A stretch of 64,000 bases of DNA from Macrostomum lignano (lineage: Eukaryota), in contig NIVC01001334.1 of assembly GCA_002269645.1 (NCBI GenBank), positions 247,910-311,909 of the forward strand. Direction: 5' to 3'. Numbering within the stretch: position 1 is the stretch's first letter; each line of letters starts with the position of its first letter. Below the pieces are notes generated by a model. The model did not search any database. It saw only the letters and a list, made by a program, of their open reading frames with translations, and was not told the DNA's origin. Below, piece after piece: positions 60,463 through 64,000 of the stretch. A program made the position numbers and the translations under genes.

Positions 60463-62744
60463 ATGAAAATCAGCAAAGCTAAAAGCACAAGAAAAACAGC
60501 AGACAGAAACCTTAGACATCTACTTCAAAACCCCAGACATCAGGGTAGCCTACTTTCGAGCCAAGAGCCAATTGGAGTTTCCGACACAAGAAGCGGACTC
60601 GGAAGCGAAGGAGGTGCTGCATCAATTGAGGGGCCACACTGCTGTGAGTAGTTTACGTCCGTTCACACTGACTGTGATGGTTATCACTCGCCCCTATTTC
60701 CGTTTTAGCTTCTTGGGGCTACACACTCGCTTTCACAATTCTGATCTCTCTACCCTCTATGACCTCTTTCTACCCTCTCTTATCCCTTTCTACCCTCTAT
60801 GTATGATCATATCGCTACCATCTATATGATTTCTCTATCTACCACTCTGCCACTCTATTCACTCTCACTTACGTCAATATTTCATAAATATACTTTTCGA
60901 CAGGTGGACTTTCTGATGACCACGTTGAAACATATGGAGAACTTGAGTCCGTCTGCAGTGAGTCCAGTGAAGAAGCGGAGGAGGACAGCGCGACGAATGC
61001 CGGTGTGGTGGCGGACAATCGCCCACTCGAAGAGCAATTGGAGGATGTATTCGTTTTATTGAGGACCGTACACGGGGCTTCTCGAAGAGCGGTCGAATTT
61101 CTTATTCGTGAACTGCACCGCCTACGATTGATTGCGCCTATGTCGGTCAGCCGCATTGAAACCATCATTAAAAGGACGGAACCCCTGACTGAGCTGCTGC
61201 CCATGGGCGCAGGGAAGTTCCGCTACGTGTCAGTTCTGAACAATCTACAGGAACTGCATAAAAGAGATTTGCTGCAGCTGAAACCAGAACGTCTTCGACT
61301 CGAAGGAGACAATAGGGTTTACGAGTTCACTGGTGTCGTAAATTGCGACGGCCTTCCGCTATACAACTCCAGCTCCTTTGGAATGTGGCCAATTCTCATG
61401 ACGATTCCACAGGCTTTTCCCAAACCGTTCCCGGTGGCGATTTGGGTTGGTGTAGGCAAACCTCCTCTGGAGGATTTTCTGCAAGAGTTCTGTGCCGAAG
61501 TGGAGCAATTTCTCTCCGGGCCCGTCAAAATTGCTGACGCAGTCAGTGTCACTCTGTCCGAGCTGCTTTTTGTTTGTGACACACCAGCACGGTCATTCAT
61601 AATGCGGACATTAGGACACACCTCCTACCACGGTTGCACTTACTGCAGAGCCACGGGTCCGCGCGTGGACAACAGGGTGACCTACTCAACTACAGTAGGG
61701 GAGCGAAGGTGTGGAATACTGTTCCGAACGAAGGCCGAGAACTGTATGGATTACGAGCGAACACACAAGGTGTCGCCCCTTCTTTATCTGCCACGCGTGG
61801 ACTTCGTTACATCGTTCCCATTGACTACCAGCACGCCGTCTGTCTTGGGGTGGTCCGGAAGCTGATGCACTTCTATTTTCCGGTATCTGCACGACACCGA
61901 GTCAACCATCCGCAGAGACAACTTTCCGACTTTATTGCCGACATTTCCTGCTATACACCTTCGAATTTCCAGAGGAGGCCGCGGCGGATCGACAAAAACC
62001 TGAGCCACTTTAAGGCTACTGAATTCAGGCAGTTTGTGCTTTACATCGGACCCATCCTATTCAAGAACTTTTTACCTACTAGACTGTATAAGAACTTCCT
62101 TCTGCTGCACTTCGCCATCTACACCTACTCGACGCCGAGACTGTCTCACCGATGGGAACACGCCAAGAGCTGCATCGAGGTTTTCGTTCAGCAGCTGGCC
62201 GAGTATTTTGGCCAAAAGTCAATATCATTCAATGTGCACGTCCTATTGCACTTGCATGAGCATTTTGTCACGCGTCTAGGTAGCCTGAACAGCTTCTCAA
62301 CGTTTCCGTTTGAGAATTACCTCGGCATTGTGAAGCGTAAGGTGAAAGTGACTCGCCATGTCGCTTCTCACGCAGTCAAGCAGGTTCTGCAGGTGCGACA
62401 CGTGCAAATGATGCGTGGAACGACTATCCTCTCTCCTCCACCGTTAAAATTTACTCCCACGAGAGGCGACAACTGCTGCATTGTGGGACGCGGCGGTGCA
62501 TGCTGATTGAAGCAACGTCTGACAGTGGCACAGTGACTGGAAAGGTACTACGTCCAGTAGAAGATCTGTACTCCTATCCCTACAGCTCTTTGACATTGAG
62601 ATTGGATTGTACCGCCTCACACCGGAAGATATCTCCGGCAAGCCCGAAAGGAAGTGCTGGTGCATTCCGAAGCAGCCAGACGCTGCGCGTGCCTGCCAGG
62701 TGTTCTATGTTGTGCCACTGACGGGTGAGGACATGGAAAACTAA
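60463..62744 (+). mobile_element. EnSpm/CACTA (CMC)-like tnp2-type transposase gene, 2 exons, about three 1-nt frameshifts
   Basis: Exons 60463-60643 and 60904-62744. NCDGLP, VCDTPAR..GHTSYHGCTYC, P(I)DYQHAVCLG, FKATEFR.F.LY, FNVHVLLHL, FPFENYLG, DNC, and terminal RKCWCIP..FYVVPL. Frameshifts near 61817, 62490 and 62590; AATAAA at 62756. Confidence 0.85.
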
Positions 62745-64000
62745 GTGGATGCATGAATAAACAATTTTTTAACTTTGTTCCTGAATGAAACTTTTACTGC
62801 TGAATGGATGTATTGTGATTTTATCTATTTTGCTCAAGAAAGTCTGCTCTTTGAAATGAATTTAGTTTGAAACACTGTCGGACCTTGCTCCAAATCCGTT
62901 AAGAATTAATATACTTTTGTGTATCATAACTTTTTTAAGTCACATATTTTCGTTTTTATCACCAAGTTTCTACCTAAGAAACTGCCAAGAATTCTAACCA
63001 AAGAACTAACCCGCTTGGAATGCTAGCCCCAAGCATTCCATGATCAATTCGCATCACACCCACGACCCAACCCTCCCGCTCCGCTACGAGTAAAATGTAG
63101 TTTTGTTTGTGATGAACCATGGCTGATGAACCAGCCATGGAAATCTAGACCTAGAAGTCTATGCATGTCTAGATTCTAGATCTAGATCTAGATTTATATG
63201 TCTAGATAGACATAGCAGCTGCATGCTAAACTTAGAATCCAATGAACCAGCCCACACCCTCTGGTGCTCTCTATCTCTATACTGTGGGTGTTCTTCAATG
63301 TGTTGTACAATTTTGAAGAAAGATCGGTGTCTATAATTTTTTTATTCCTTCCTTTAGTGTCGAACAAATGAACAAAAGCTTGGCTTTGATAAATAGAGAA
63401 AAACAGTGGTCCTTTCCTCAAAAGTGGGCGATTCTTTTCTATACAATTCTTGCTATGCAATCTTCTATTATTTTCAAGGGGATCATTTTTGAAAGCCTCT
63501 TTCAGACATTTGCAGGCTTTGTCTAGGAGCCATATGGTCTGTGACAAACAAAGCAAGGAATCCACTAGGAAATAAGACCCGCATAAAAATTTAAGGGAGT
63601 TGTCTCCTTACCATTTCACCCAGGAATCTGTCCTGTATGTCACAGTTGTTTATAAGTTTGCTTGCGGTAAAATCTTGGAATAAAAAGAACCGTAAAAATC
63701 CATGCATTTCTCCATAACTTCTCTTTCCTGTTTGCCCATTCATTTTAGTATGATACCCTCATCATTGTCATGTCCCTTCAATACTCGTATTTTTTTCATA
63801 CCCGTATTCGAATCCCTTTGATCTTTGCGAAGGGGCCCGCTTCAAAATAAATGGCCGATGTGGCCTGGCATGAACCCCAGACCAATGATATATTTTTCTG
63901 CACTATTTTTAGTGTTTTTGTTTTGTCATGTTTTGTCATGTTAATGTTTTCAGCCCGTAACTTTGTAATAAAGCTTATTCATTTTGGCTCTCCCGGAATT

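Noticed and set aside
63194-63565. 123-aa minus-strand ORF
   Set aside because: AT-rich, no ATG start and no recognisable motif.

Overview
Eukaryotic, intron-containing invertebrate genomic DNA. GC-rich exons separated by minisatellite-filled introns suggest a free-living flatworm such as Macrostomum; this is an inference. Genes reconstructed exon by exon: an 8-exon Tec/Btk-family kinase (-), a 2-exon alpha-2-adrenergic-like GPCR (+), a catalytic-only cyclic-nucleotide phosphodiesterase (+), and three GH3/GHDC-family acyl-amido-synthetase-like paralogs (one intact, one internally deleted, one represented only by its last two exons). There is also an intronless DUF5662-like HD-superfamily gene of phage/prokaryote type in AT-rich DNA and an orphan low-complexity gene. 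Mobile DNA: a young full-length Ty3/gypsy LTR element (271-bp LTRs, 5-bp TSD) inside a Tec intron, an EnSpm/CACTA-like transposase head-to-head with a multi-exon DUF4806-like gene, hAT- and MULE-type MITEs with exact TSDs, a LINE 3' remnant and SINE pieces. About 20 distinct tandem-repeat arrays are present. No rRNA, bona fide tRNA or CRISPR was found. The best candidates for new biology are the membrane-anchored GH3 paralog cluster and the DUF5662-like gene.
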